This document shows positions 9,386 through 16,516 of a stretch of DNA of 52,698 bases, piece after piece. The translations under genes and the position numbers were made by a program. The notes beneath the pieces were generated by a model, which did not search any database, was not told the origin of the DNA, and worked only from the letters and a program-made list of their open reading frames with translations. Numbering within the stretch: the stretch's first letter is position 1; every line of letters begins with the position of its first letter. Origin of the DNA: Dehalococcoidia bacterium (lineage in GTDB: Bacteria; Chloroflexota; Dehalococcoidia; SHYM01); NCBI GenBank assembly GCA_009692805.1, contig SHYM01000002.1, positions 1 through 52,698 on the forward strand. The letters run 5' to 3'.

Positions 9386-9414
9386 AGGATAGAACATATG
9401 TTCCGATCTGTCAA
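9386..9414 (-). promoter_or_regulatory. Promoter TTGACA, 17 nt, TATCCT for the 8818..9357 gene
   Basis: The minus strand reads cTTGACAgatcggaacatatgttcTATCCT. The spacing is exactly 17 nt. The predicted transcription start is about 22 nt upstream of the ATG. Confidence 0.6.
9392..9403. promoter_or_regulatory. Cheo-box-type LexA operator GAACATATGTTC (perfect GAAC-N4-GTTC palindrome)
   Basis: A perfect 12-bp palindrome that matches the core of the CGAACN4GTTCG SOS-box consensus. It lies wholly inside the promoter spacer. Confidence 0.6.
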
Positions 9415-9620
9415 GGGCCGTCCGGCAGCCCCTCCGCCGTGGCGGCGCAACCTCGTGGTGGCGCGGCGAGCCGGGTTCTGTTAGACTAAACGAAGTGGAA
9501 TGAATCGGCAGACTGCCATCTTGACGGGTGCGGCACGGGATAACCAGCCACCTCCTGTTCCCCTCACACGATCCGCGCTGACCGACGAGTCCCAACTTTC
9601 TTCTCAAGGAGTCAGCTCGG

Positions 9621-10877
9621 ATGCCCCTTAGCGATTCGACCCCAGTAGACTCGTTCTCGTCCTTCGACCTTCACCCCGAAACCCGTAACGCGCTGGATGC
9701 CATGGGGATTTCGGTCCCCACCCTCATTCAGGCGCAGACTATTCCGGCCCTGCTCCAGGGCTGCGACGTCGTCGGCCAGGCGTGGACTGGGTCGGGCAAG
9801 ACCCTGGCCTTCGGGGTCCCCCTCGTGGAGCGCTGTGACGCCGCTGGGCGCGATGTCCAGGCGCTTGTCCTCGCACCGACCCGCGAGCTAGCCATCCAGG
9901 TCGGTGGGGTACTCGGCGCCCTGGCCACCGCGCGACACCTCAAACTGCTCCTGCTGTACGGTGGCCGATCCCTGGCCCCCGAACGTCAAGCCCTAGTGCG
10001 AGGCGCCCATATCGTGGTGGGCACACCGGGGCGAATCCTAGACCATCTACGACAAGGTAGCCTCGTTCTAAAGAGGCTGCGCTTCTTTGTCCTGGACGAG
10101 GGCGATGCGATGCTCGACCAGGGGTTCGCGCCTGATGTCGAGCGGATTCTGGCGTATACGCCGCCGCAACGGCAGACCGCCCTCTTCTCCGCGACCGTTC
10201 CCCCTTGGGTGATGGGCATGGCGGCCCGCCATCTTCGTAACCCCGTCGTCTTTCGAGCGCACGCCGAGATCGAGGCGGCACCCGATATCCACCACATTGT
10301 CTATCAGATGGAGATCAGCGCTAAGCTCGACGCCCTGCGGATACTGCTCGACAATCGGGACCGCGGAGCAACCCTCGTGTTTGGCCGGACCAAGCATGGC
10401 GTGGCCAAATTGGCCTTGCGCCTCGCCAGCCTGGGATACCCCGTGGCGGCGCTCCAAGGGAATCTGAGCCAGAACGCTCGCGAGCGCGTGATGGCTGACT
10501 TTCGGTCTGGACGCCTGCCCATACTGCTGGCTACCAACGTCGCTGCGCGGGGACTCGACATCGAAGAGGTGGGGCAGGTCATCAACTACGAGTTGCCCGA
10601 GTCGGCGCAGCTCTTCACCCATCGAGTCGGGCGCACGGGACGGATGGGCAGGAAGGGCAGCGCCATCACCTTTGTGACGCCCGAGGATAGCCGGAAATGG
10701 GGTCAGATCGAGCGGGAGTTGGGCCGCAGTCTGCCTCGGACACCATGGATCAACCGCGGGCTGCCACAGCCCATACGGGCGGCAGGCCCCTCGGTCCCGC
10801 CCCGCGCCCCTGGCCGCTCGCCCGCCCGCGCCCCCGGCCATGCGCCCGCCCGTCAAAGGAGCGGCGCCACCCGCTGA
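9621..10877 (+). CDS. DEAD-box ATP-dependent RNA helicase with variant motif II DEGD and an Arg/Pro-rich tail
   Basis: Contains the Q motif (F..PTLIQ), motif I AWTGSGKT, Ia PTRELA, TPGR, motif II VLDEGD, SAT, ARGLDI and HRVGRTGRMG. Confidence 0.9.
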   Translation: MPLSDSTPVDSFSSFDLHPETRNALDAMGISVPTLIQAQTIPALLQGCDVVGQAWTGSGKTLAFGVPLVERCDAAGRDVQALVLAPTRELAIQVGGVLGALATARHLKLLLLYGGRSLAPERQALVRGAHIVVGTPGRILDHLRQGSLVLKRLRFFVLDEGDAMLDQGFAPDVERILAYTPPQRQTALFSATVPPWVMGMAARHLRNPVVFRAHAEIEAAPDIHHIVYQMEISAKLDALRILLDNRDRGATLVFGRTKHGVAKLALRLASLGYPVAALQGNLSQNARERVMADFRSGRLPILLATNVAARGLDIEEVGQVINYELPESAQLFTHRVGRTGRMGRKGSAITFVTPEDSRKWGQIERELGRSLPRTPWINRGLPQPIRAAGPSVPPRAPGRSPARAPGHAPARQRSGATR

Positions 10878-10926
10878 CCTTCCCTGCCTGGGCCCGCCGG
10901 CCTTCCCCGGCCTGCCGCCTGCGCTG

Positions 10927-11685
10927 ACCAGCCGATGTCCTGTTCGACGGCGTCCAGGCCCTGCTACGCTCCCGTGCCTTCAAGAACATCCACCCCCGCC
11001 GTGCTGCTAGCAAATTCCTGCTGAGCGGGCTGGTGAAGTGTCGTAAGTGCGGCAAGGCCCTCATTGGACAGGACGCCAAGTCCGGAAGGTTCAGCTACTA
11101 CGTCTGCGGGACGCTGATTCGCAAGGGCGCTGGCACTTGTGAGGCCCCTTATCTTCCCAAGGGGAGCTTCGAGGGCTTGGTGGTGGACGCGATCAAGACG
11201 CGCATCCTGACTGAGAATGGCCTGAAGAGGCTGGCGGCGTTGGTCGCGGAGGAGATGGAGAGCGAGGGTGCCCAGGGGCGCCAGCATATGGACGCCGTAG
11301 AGGCAGAGCTTGCCGACGTTGAGCGCCGCCTGGGCAGGCTATACGAGGCCTTGGAAACGGGCAAACTCGCGCTGGCTGACCTAGCCCCGCGCATTCAAGC
11401 GCTCAGGCAGCGGCAAGAGCAGTTGCAACAGGCCAGGCAGGAGATTCAAGATGGCACCCGAGATAAGAGAAGGGAGATGTTAGACCTGCGGGCGGTCACA
11501 GCCTATGTGAATGACCTGAGGGCCGTCTTGACTGAGGGCAGCCTTGGGGAGCAGAAGGGGTTCATCAAGTCTTTTGTGAGGGAGATAGTGGTATCGCCGA
11601 CCCACGCGCTGCTGAGATACACCGCGCCTTTCCTACCAGACGCCGCCCAAGAGGAACGGGCAGGAGTTCTTTCTATTGTTCCTAG
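10927..11685 (+). pseudogene. 5'-truncated large serine recombinase (zinc-ribbon and coiled-coil C-terminal part only)
   Basis: The frame opens just after the TGA at 10924. The product reads ..FLLSGLVKCRKCGKALIGQ..GRFSYYVCG..GAGTCEAPY, followed by a long coiled coil (LADVERRLGRLYEALETGKLALADLAPRIQALRQRQEQL). The catalytic resolvase domain is absent. The frame then reads antisense through tRNA-Ala with no proper stop until 11863. Confidence 0.7.
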
Positions 11686-11761
11686 TGGTGGAGCTGAGGG
11701 GACTCGAACCCCTGACCCCTTGCATGCCATGCAAGTGCTCTCCCAGTTGAGCTACAGCCCC
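11686..11761 (-). tRNA. tRNA-Ala (anticodon GGC), CCA encoded
   Basis: I folded the cloverleaf by hand: GGGGCTG TA GCTC AACTGGGA GAGC A CTTGC ATGGCAT GCAAG GGGTC AGGGG TTCGAGT CCCCT CAGCTCC A CCA. The G3:U70 identity pair is present. Confidence 0.9.
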
Positions 11762-11849
11762 ACGGCGGAGGAGGTGGTGAGGAGCGCCAGCGCTGGGAGC
11801 CGGCTCCTGGCAGCAGCCGGGCACTGCCCTGGGCTCCCCTGGGACGAAC

Positions 11850-12809
11850 CTAGGGTATGCTAACAGAACTGCGCCGACCTCGCAAGCTAGCTGGAATGGC
11901 GGCGCCGCGCAGCTGGGCTAGCTCCTCCACGCCCTCCTGGCGCATGAAGGCCTGGATGCCTTCCAAGACCTCAAAGGGCGCCCGCGGGTTCCGAAAGGTA
12001 GCAGTGCCCACTTCGACCGCCGTCGCACCCGCTAGGATGAACTCCAGGGCGTCCTCGGCGGTGGCGATGCCACCGATGCCCACGATGGGGATTGCCACCT
12101 CCTGGGCTACGGCGTAGACCAGGGCCAGGGCAAGGGGCTTGATGGCAGGCCCCGAGAGCCCCCCGGTGACGGTGCTCAGCACGGGCCGCCGCCGTTTCAC
12201 GTCAATAGCCATCCCTACGAACGTGTTGACTAGGGAGATGGCGTCGGCTCCGGCCGCCGCCACGGCGGTGGCTACCTCCACGATGTCGCCTACGTTGGGA
12301 GTCAGCTTAGTCAGGATAGGCAAGGTGGTGCGCTGCCGGACCGCCGCTGTTAGCGCGGCTGCCGCCCGGGGGTCGCGCCCGAAGTCCAGCCCGCCGGCCA
12401 CATTAGGGCAACTGATATTCAGCTCCAGGCCGCTCACCCCTGGCACTGCCTCCAGGCTCTCCGCCAGGCTGGCGAAGTCCTCGATGCTCTCGCCCACGAT
12501 GCTCACTATCACCGGGACCGTCCAGGTCGCCCACACGGGGGCTAGCTCCCGGATGAGGACCCTGCCCCCGGGGTTCTGTAGCCCGATGGAGTTCAGCATG
12601 CCCGCCGCCGTCTCCACCATCCGGGGCTGGCGATTGCCCTTGCGCGGACGGCGGGAGACGCTCTTGCAAACGATAGCGCCCAGACGGCCCAGGTCGAAGG
12701 CCTGCGCGGACTCCAGCCCGAAGCTGAAGGTGCCGGAGGCCGTCATAACCGGATTCGCCAGGACCAGGGGTCGCTTGCCCCTGGGAGCCAGCTCCACCTG
12801 CAGGTTCAC
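11850..12809 (-). CDS. pyrD: Dihydroorotate dehydrogenase catalytic subunit (class 1)
   Basis: Contains NPVMTASGTF, GAIVCKSV, NSIGLQNPG, LELNISCPN and GIGGI. The GTG start is preceded by AAGGAGGG. Confidence 0.9.
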   Translation of the reverse strand: MNLQVELAPRGKRPLVLANPVMTASGTFSFGLESAQAFDLGRLGAIVCKSVSRRPRKGNRQPRMVETAAGMLNSIGLQNPGGRVLIRELAPVWATWTVPVIVSIVGESIEDFASLAESLEAVPGVSGLELNISCPNVAGGLDFGRDPRAAAALTAAVRQRTTLPILTKLTPNVGDIVEVATAVAAAGADAISLVNTFVGMAIDVKRRRPVLSTVTGGLSGPAIKPLALALVYAVAQEVAIPIVGIGGIATAEDALEFILAGATAVEVGTATFRNPRAPFEVLEGIQAFMRQEGVEELAQLRGAAIPASLRGRRSSVSIP

Positions 12810-13045
12810 CGCGCCCTCCTTGAAGCGAGCCCATGATAGCGGCCCCCGGGCGCGGGATTCAAGGGTGGTCAGAATCCGTATTCAGCTTTGCATCTGGCAC
12901 GCTTGATCTGAGACAGGATTTGCATGGAATTGTTCGGGTGCCTGCCACATCTCTGCGATCCTGAGTCCGCCGGAGGCGGGCGAAGGGGCTCCCTTACTCC
13001 CAGGTTCTCCGCTGTGTTCAGGATAGCGGGAGTGAAGAGGGCTGG

Positions 13046-13178
13046 CTGCCCTCTGCCGGGGTCAGGGGTGTCCCCTGAGGATGTCTTCCCCCCCTTCCTG
13101 GAAAGGAAGGGGCCAGGGGATGGTTCGCTGGCTTTTGAAGGCAAAGAGACTCTTTGAATGCCTTTTTTAGTTGCAAAG
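13046..13178 (-). repeat. MITE-like repeat copy R2 (hairpin CCCCTTCCTGGAAAGGAAGGGG, terminus CCTTTTTTAGTTGCAAAGC)
   Basis: 13112-13178 is the near-exact reverse complement of 26075-26140. Confidence 0.8.
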
Positions 13179-13180
13179 CA

Positions 13181-13222
13181 GGGTGCGCCCCCTTTCTCTC
13201 CCTTTTATATCAGGGCATCCTC
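13181..13222 (-). repeat. Adjacent partial copy (reverse complement of the GATATAAAAGGGAGAGAAAGGGGGCGCACCC module)
   Basis: Matches the module at 1592-1625, 26166-26200 and 45369-45405. Confidence 0.7.
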
Positions 13223-13300
13223 AGAGAAGAGCCGGCGCGAAGCCACGAGATTTCTGGGGCATGGATGCTGGAGGTGAGCATCTGTAGGTGAGGCTGCGCC

Positions 13301-13388
13301 TGGCGGAGAGGGCGGGATTCGAACCCGCGAGACCTTGCGGCCTACACGCTTTCCAGGCGTGCCTGATCGTCCACTCCAGCACCTCTCC
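13301..13388 (-). tRNA. tRNA-Ser (anticodon GGA), long variable arm, CCA encoded
   Basis: Reads GGAGAGG..CACGC CTGGAAA GCGTG TAGGCCGCAAGGTCTC GCGGG TTCGAAT CCCGC CCTCTCC G CCA. Confidence 0.9.
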
Positions 13389-13442
13389 GTGGGCCCAGGA
13401 TACTACAGGATAACCGTGGCGGCGCGCCCTGGTCGGGAGCCC

Positions 13443-13530
13443 TGGCGGAGAGGGCGGGATTCGAACCCGCGAGGCCTCACGGCCTACCGCTTTTCGAGAG
13501 CGGCACCTTCAACCACTCGGACACCTCTCC
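13443..13530 (-). tRNA. tRNA-Ser (anticodon CGA), long variable arm, CCA encoded
   Basis: Reads GGAGAGG..CCGCT CTCGAAA AGCGG TAGGCCGTGAGGCCTC GCGGG TTCGAAT CCCGC CCTCTCC G CCA. The T-arm and 3' acceptor strand (last 29 nt) are identical to those of the neighbouring tRNA-Ser. Confidence 0.9.
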
Positions 13531-13539
13531 AGGCGGGCC

Positions 13540-13548
13540 ATTATAGCA
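13540..13548 (-). promoter_or_regulatory. Extended -10 promoter TGCTATAAT for tRNA-Ser(CGA)
   Basis: The minus strand reads TGcTATAAT and ends 9 nt upstream of the mature tRNA 5' end. Confidence 0.5.
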
Positions 13549-13661
13549 TGGCGCATCAGATGGGCTCCCAGAGACCGAAGGGCGAGTAGACTAGGGGTCT
13601 CCCAGGCCCGGCAAGCGGAGCGGGAATTCTGAACTAGTTTCAAAATTGTAGTCGAAGGGTA

Positions 13662-13690
13662 TTGACACCCCCCAGGTGATGCCATATACT
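13662..13690 (+). promoter_or_regulatory. Near-consensus promoter TTGACA, 17 nt, TATACT
   Basis: TTGACA is at 13662-13667 and TATACT at 13685-13690, with exactly 17 nt between them. It lies in a locally AT-richer stretch about 150 nt upstream of the 13845 ATG. Confidence 0.55.
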
Positions 13691-13844
13691 GCCCACCGGC
13701 TGGGATGTCTGGCGACCGACGCTGCGGCATACCTTCGCGGCGCTCATAGGGGGTGACTGGTATCGGAAGGGTCCGTCTGTAGGGGCCTCGCCAGCGAGGG
13801 TGCTGGAGTCCGGTGGTAGGGACTAACGAAGGAGGGAGAGTCTC

Positions 13845-14489
13845 ATGGCATTATTTCAATCCAGGAAGGTGCTCCTCTTGGGCGCCGTCCTGAGCTTGGT
13901 GGCGCTCTTCGCTGCTGTCGGGTGCAAGGGTGCCCAGGGTCCCGCTGGCCCTGCCGGGTCTGGGTCTGCTGGCCCCGCTGGCCCCGCTGGGCCTAGGGGC
14001 GCTGCCGGTGAGGCCGGAGCTGCCGCTGTCGCGGGCGCAGCCTCCATCGACGTCGTCAACGATACCTCCGTGCACCGCTTTAACCTCGTCGATAGGGGCG
14101 ATGGCTTCACCATCACCGCCTCCGGGTTCAAGCCCGGCGAGACGGTGGTGGTGCGGGCGATCACCATGCTGGGCGCTGCGGGGCAGGACGACCGAGCGCA
14201 GTTCATCGCCGGTGGTGACGTGAACGCCGCCGGAGGCGCCGCCTTCTCCATCGTCAAGGGCTCCGCCACCGCGACCAACCTCTATGCCGCCATCGATAAC
14301 TACCTGACGGAGACCAAGGGTGCATTGCCCTATACCCTGACGCTCAAGGCAGTGGGCAACCGGGGCTCCATGGCCTCGCATGCGTTGCAGGTCTACCCGC
14401 CGCCGGCGACGGCGACGCCGCCGCCGCCGGCGACGCGGACGCCAGTACCGCCGACGGCAACGCCAATCCCGACGCCGCCCATCAAGTAG
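13845..14489 (+). CDS. Putative lipoprotein with short collagen-like G-X-Y repeats and a Pro/Thr-rich C-terminal tail
   Basis: Signal peptide with a lipobox-like LFAAVGC. This is followed by GAQGPAGPAGSGSAGPAGPAGPRGAAGEAGAA, a domain of about 110 aa that I do not recognise, and a tail PPPATATPPPPATRTPVPPTATPIPTPPIK. GGAGGGAG lies 6 nt upstream of the ATG. Confidence 0.7.
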   Translation: MALFQSRKVLLLGAVLSLVALFAAVGCKGAQGPAGPAGSGSAGPAGPAGPRGAAGEAGAAAVAGAASIDVVNDTSVHRFNLVDRGDGFTITASGFKPGETVVVRAITMLGAAGQDDRAQFIAGGDVNAAGGAAFSIVKGSATATNLYAAIDNYLTETKGALPYTLTLKAVGNRGSMASHALQVYPPPATATPPPPATRTPVPPTATPIPTPPIK

Positions 14490-14530
14490 CGACGTTGCGG
14501 AGGGGCCGGGCTCCTCGCGAAATGAACCCT

Positions 14531-14564
14531 GGCAGGGCCCTCAGCCTAGGCTGAGGGCCCTGCC
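14531..14564. terminator. Perfect 34-bp palindrome GGCAGGGCCCTCAGCCTAGGCTGAGGGCCCTGCC (hairpin terminator candidate, no T-tract)
   Basis: Perfect dyad symmetry is visible in the sequence, 42 nt downstream of the 14489 stop. Confidence 0.4.
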
Positions 14565-14655
14565 CTTGCGCCCGGGATCTCCCCTTAGCCCACGCTGAGA
14601 AACGCCTGGTCATCGTCAGCCCATTTCCTTTGGGCCGCCGTCCCCTCTCTGCGCG

Positions 14656-14849
14656 CTTGCACAAAAATGGCATCCTGCTGGCCCGCCATAGGCGGGCCGA
14701 AGAGGGTGTCCCCCTTTCTCCCTTTTCAAACTACCCGTTCCTGGCCAAAGCCTGCCCTGAGCCTGCCGAAGGGAAGGGGGCCCGCCGAGGGCGGGTCGCG
14801 GGGGTACTCACGAAGAGAGCGTGGCCGGGAGAACGCGGCTTTGGTGCAT
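14656..14849 (-). repeat. MITE-like repeat copy R3 (termini CTTGCACAAAAA ... CTTTGGTGCAT)
   Basis: Shares TTGCACAAAAATGGCATCCTGC with 23411-23435. The CCCCCTTTCTCCC module and a degenerate CCTGGCCA hairpin are present. Confidence 0.7.
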
Positions 14850-14954
14850 AGCCCCCCGTCCGCCGAGCTGTGGCCAGCCTCCGAGCCCTGGGGCCGTGGC
14901 GCAGGTTGCAGTGATGGTAGGCGGGCTCGCCAACCCGTTCTACTCCTGGTGAGG

Positions 14955-14963
14955 TGCTATAAT
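14955..14963 (+). promoter_or_regulatory. Extended -10 promoter TGCTATAAT for tRNA-Arg
   Basis: TGcTATAAT ends 10 nt upstream of the tRNA 5' end. Confidence 0.5.
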
Positions 14964-14973
14964 GGGCGGCGGC

Positions 14974-15048
14974 GCCCCTGTAGCTCAGTGGATAGAGCGC
15001 TGGCCTCCGAAGCCAGATGCGCGAGTTCGAGTCTCGCCAGGGGTACCA
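14974..15048 (+). tRNA. tRNA-Arg (anticodon CCG), CCA encoded
   Basis: Reads GCCCCTG TA GCTC AGTGGATA GAGC G CTGGC CTCCGAA GCCAG ATGC GCGAG TTCGAGT CTCGC CAGGGGT A CCA. Confidence 0.85.
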
Positions 15049-15082
15049 GCGCTTGACACTTCTAGCGGGTGATCTGACCCCA

Positions 15083-15091
15083 TGCTATAAT
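15083..15091 (+). promoter_or_regulatory. Extended -10 promoter TGCTATAAT for the rpsF-ssb-rpsR operon
   Basis: TGcTATAAT lies about 70 nt upstream of the rpsF ATG. The leader contains the hairpin GGGCTCCTCTtcgAGAGGggtGCCC. Confidence 0.45.
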
Positions 15092-15159
15092 TGCGCTGCG
15101 TTGGGGGCTCCTCTTCGAGAGGGGTGCCCTAGTGATGAGAGTTCCCGAGGTGGGAGAAG

Positions 15160-15456
15160 ATGGGCGCACTGCACGAATACGACCTGGTGCTGATCCTTAG
15201 CCCGGAGATAGAGGACGGCGCTGTCCCGGCGACGGTAGAGCGGGTGAGCCAGTTCGTCCAAAATCACGGTGGAGAGGTTGTCCAGTCGGACCACTGGGGC
15301 CGCCGTAGGCTCGCCTACCCCATCAAGCGCCACAACGAGGGTAACTACGTGCGCAGCCAGGTAAAGCTGGCGCCGGAGCGCGCCGGCGAGCTGGAGGCTA
15401 GTCTACGCATCACGGAGGACATCCTGCGTCATCTCCTGGTCCGCAAGGGTACGTAG
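15160..15456 (+). CDS. rpsF: 30S ribosomal protein S6
   Basis: Contains HEYDLVLILSPE and WGRRRLAYPI. Sits in the conserved rpsF-ssb-rpsR order. Confidence 0.95.
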   Translation: MGALHEYDLVLILSPEIEDGAVPATVERVSQFVQNHGGEVVQSDHWGRRRLAYPIKRHNEGNYVRSQVKLAPERAGELEASLRITEDILRHLLVRKGT

Positions 15457-15500
15457 AAGTGCGTGAATGTTGTTCCCGTGAGTGGTAGGGAGACGCGGAG

Positions 15501-15926
15501 ATGGTAGGGCTAAACAAGATTCAGATCATCGGCAACATAGGCACCGACCCGGAGATGCGCTACACTCCGCAAGGCAACCCTGTCACCAGCTTCCGCATGG
15601 CCACCAGTCGCAATTTCACCACACCCGAAGGGGAGCGCCGCGAGGAGACCGAGTGGTTCCAGGTTACAACCTGGAACAAACTCGCCGAGACCTGCAACCA
15701 GTTTTTGGCCAAGGGGCGGCGTGCCTACGTGGAGGGCCGCTTGCGCTCCTCGGTCTGGGAGGGCCAGGACGGCCAGAAGCGCTTTCGCAACGAGATCGTC
15801 GCCAACACGGTAATCTTTCTGGACAGAGCAGGAGGGGCCGCCGATGAAGAGGTGTCGCGACCTGTCGGGACGGAGCCCAAGGGTCAGAGTCAGGGTGAGG
15901 TTGAAGCCAATGATCTGCCGTTTTAG
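15501..15926 (+). CDS. ssb: Single-stranded DNA-binding protein
   Basis: Contains LNKIQIIGNIGTDPEMRYTPQG, an OB fold, and the acidic C-terminal tip DLPF. Confidence 0.95.
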   Translation: MVGLNKIQIIGNIGTDPEMRYTPQGNPVTSFRMATSRNFTTPEGERREETEWFQVTTWNKLAETCNQFLAKGRRAYVEGRLRSSVWEGQDGQKRFRNEIVANTVIFLDRAGGAADEEVSRPVGTEPKGQSQGEVEANDLPF

Positions 15927-15938
15927 GATGGTAAACTA

Positions 15939-16235
15939 ATGCCACCGCTTACCCGGCCAAAACCCAAGCGAGACGGCCGCCGCGGCCGCTTCATACCTAG
16001 ACGTAAGGTATGTGCGTTCTGCGTTGATAAGGTCAGTTCCATCGACTATACGGACGGTGGGAAGCTCCGCCATTACGTCTCCGATCGGGGCAAGATCGAG
16101 CCGCGGCGCAAGACGGGCACTTGCGCCAAGCACCAACGAGCGCTGGCCGTGGCCCTTAAACGCGCCCGTTTCCTAGCCCTTGTCCCCGATACACCGGCCC
16201 ACCTGCATAGCTCAGCGCCTTTTCCAAGGGCCTGA
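15939..16235 (+). CDS. rpsR: 30S ribosomal protein S18
   Basis: Contains [43 protein letters not shown]. Confidence 0.9.
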   Translation: MPPLTRPKPKRDGRRGRFIPRRKVCAFCVDKVSSIDYTDGGKLRHYVSDRGKIEPRRKTGTCAKHQRALAVALKRARFLALVPDTPAHLHSSAPFPRA

Positions 16236-16325
16236 CCAGCTTCCTTTGCCGATCCCCCGGTGTACCATCGTCGGGCTGCTCTTTGGCTCGGTGGCGCTGC
16301 ACGAAAAGGTGGTCAGCGTAGCGGG

Positions 16326-16480
16326 AGCGCAAAGGGCAACCGGCCCGGGGCCTGCCGTGAGCCCGCCGCAGGCGGGTCGAAGGGCGGGGTCAGGGGTGTC
16401 CTCTGAACATCTTCCCCTCCCCCTTCCTGGAAAGGAAGGAGACAGGGCAGACTCTGTGAATGCTACTCTTAGTGCAAGGC
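16326..16480 (-). repeat. MITE-like repeat copy R4 (GGTCAGGGGTGTCC hairpin, CCCTTCCTGGAAAGGAAGG hairpin, terminus CTTAGTGCAAGG)
   Basis: Collinear with 13046-13178. Confidence 0.75.
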
Positions 16481-16516
16481 TAGAGTCGGCTTAGAGATAG
16501 CAAGGGAGGTACCGCC

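Noticed and set aside
8654-9607. Long ORFs with Arg/Pro/Gly/Ala-rich products. Examples are 8654..9607, 17282..18253, 19561..21084, 19847..21124, 26331..28151, 33322..34572, 40430..41473 and 44311..45579.
   Set aside because: They lie antisense to, or out of frame with, well-supported genes (hom, aroA, ispH/plsC, ilvA, uvrB, qor). They have low-complexity composition typical of shadow frames in high-GC DNA, and none shows a recognisable motif.
11762-11863. Extension of the recombinase-fragment ORF through tRNA-Ala to 11863 (peptide GAEGTRTPDPLHAMQVLSQLSYSPT).
   Set aside because: This peptide is the antisense translation of the tRNA gene, a classic artefact and not coding sequence.
12880-12960. 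CTGAGA-containing stretch upstream of pyrD, considered as a TPP riboswitch or a PyrR-binding attenuator.
   Set aside because: The rest of the TPP consensus (ACCTGATCTGGATAATGCCAGCG-like) is absent, and so is the PyrR loop (TCCAGAGAGG).
13631-13642. GAACTAGTTTCA, a near match to the LexA box, upstream of the collagen-like gene promoter.
   Set aside because: The second half-site is TTTC rather than GTTC. It also lies upstream of the -35 rather than over the core promoter, so the evidence is insufficient.
14380-14598. Poly-Arg ORF (RRRRRRRRRRRG...).
   Set aside because: It is an alternative frame of the Pro/Thr-rich tail of the 13845..14489 gene.
15053-15058. Perfect TTGACA upstream of the rpsF -10 element.
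   Set aside because: It lies 27 nt from the TATAAT, too far to act as its -35. The extended -10 TG is the more likely determinant.
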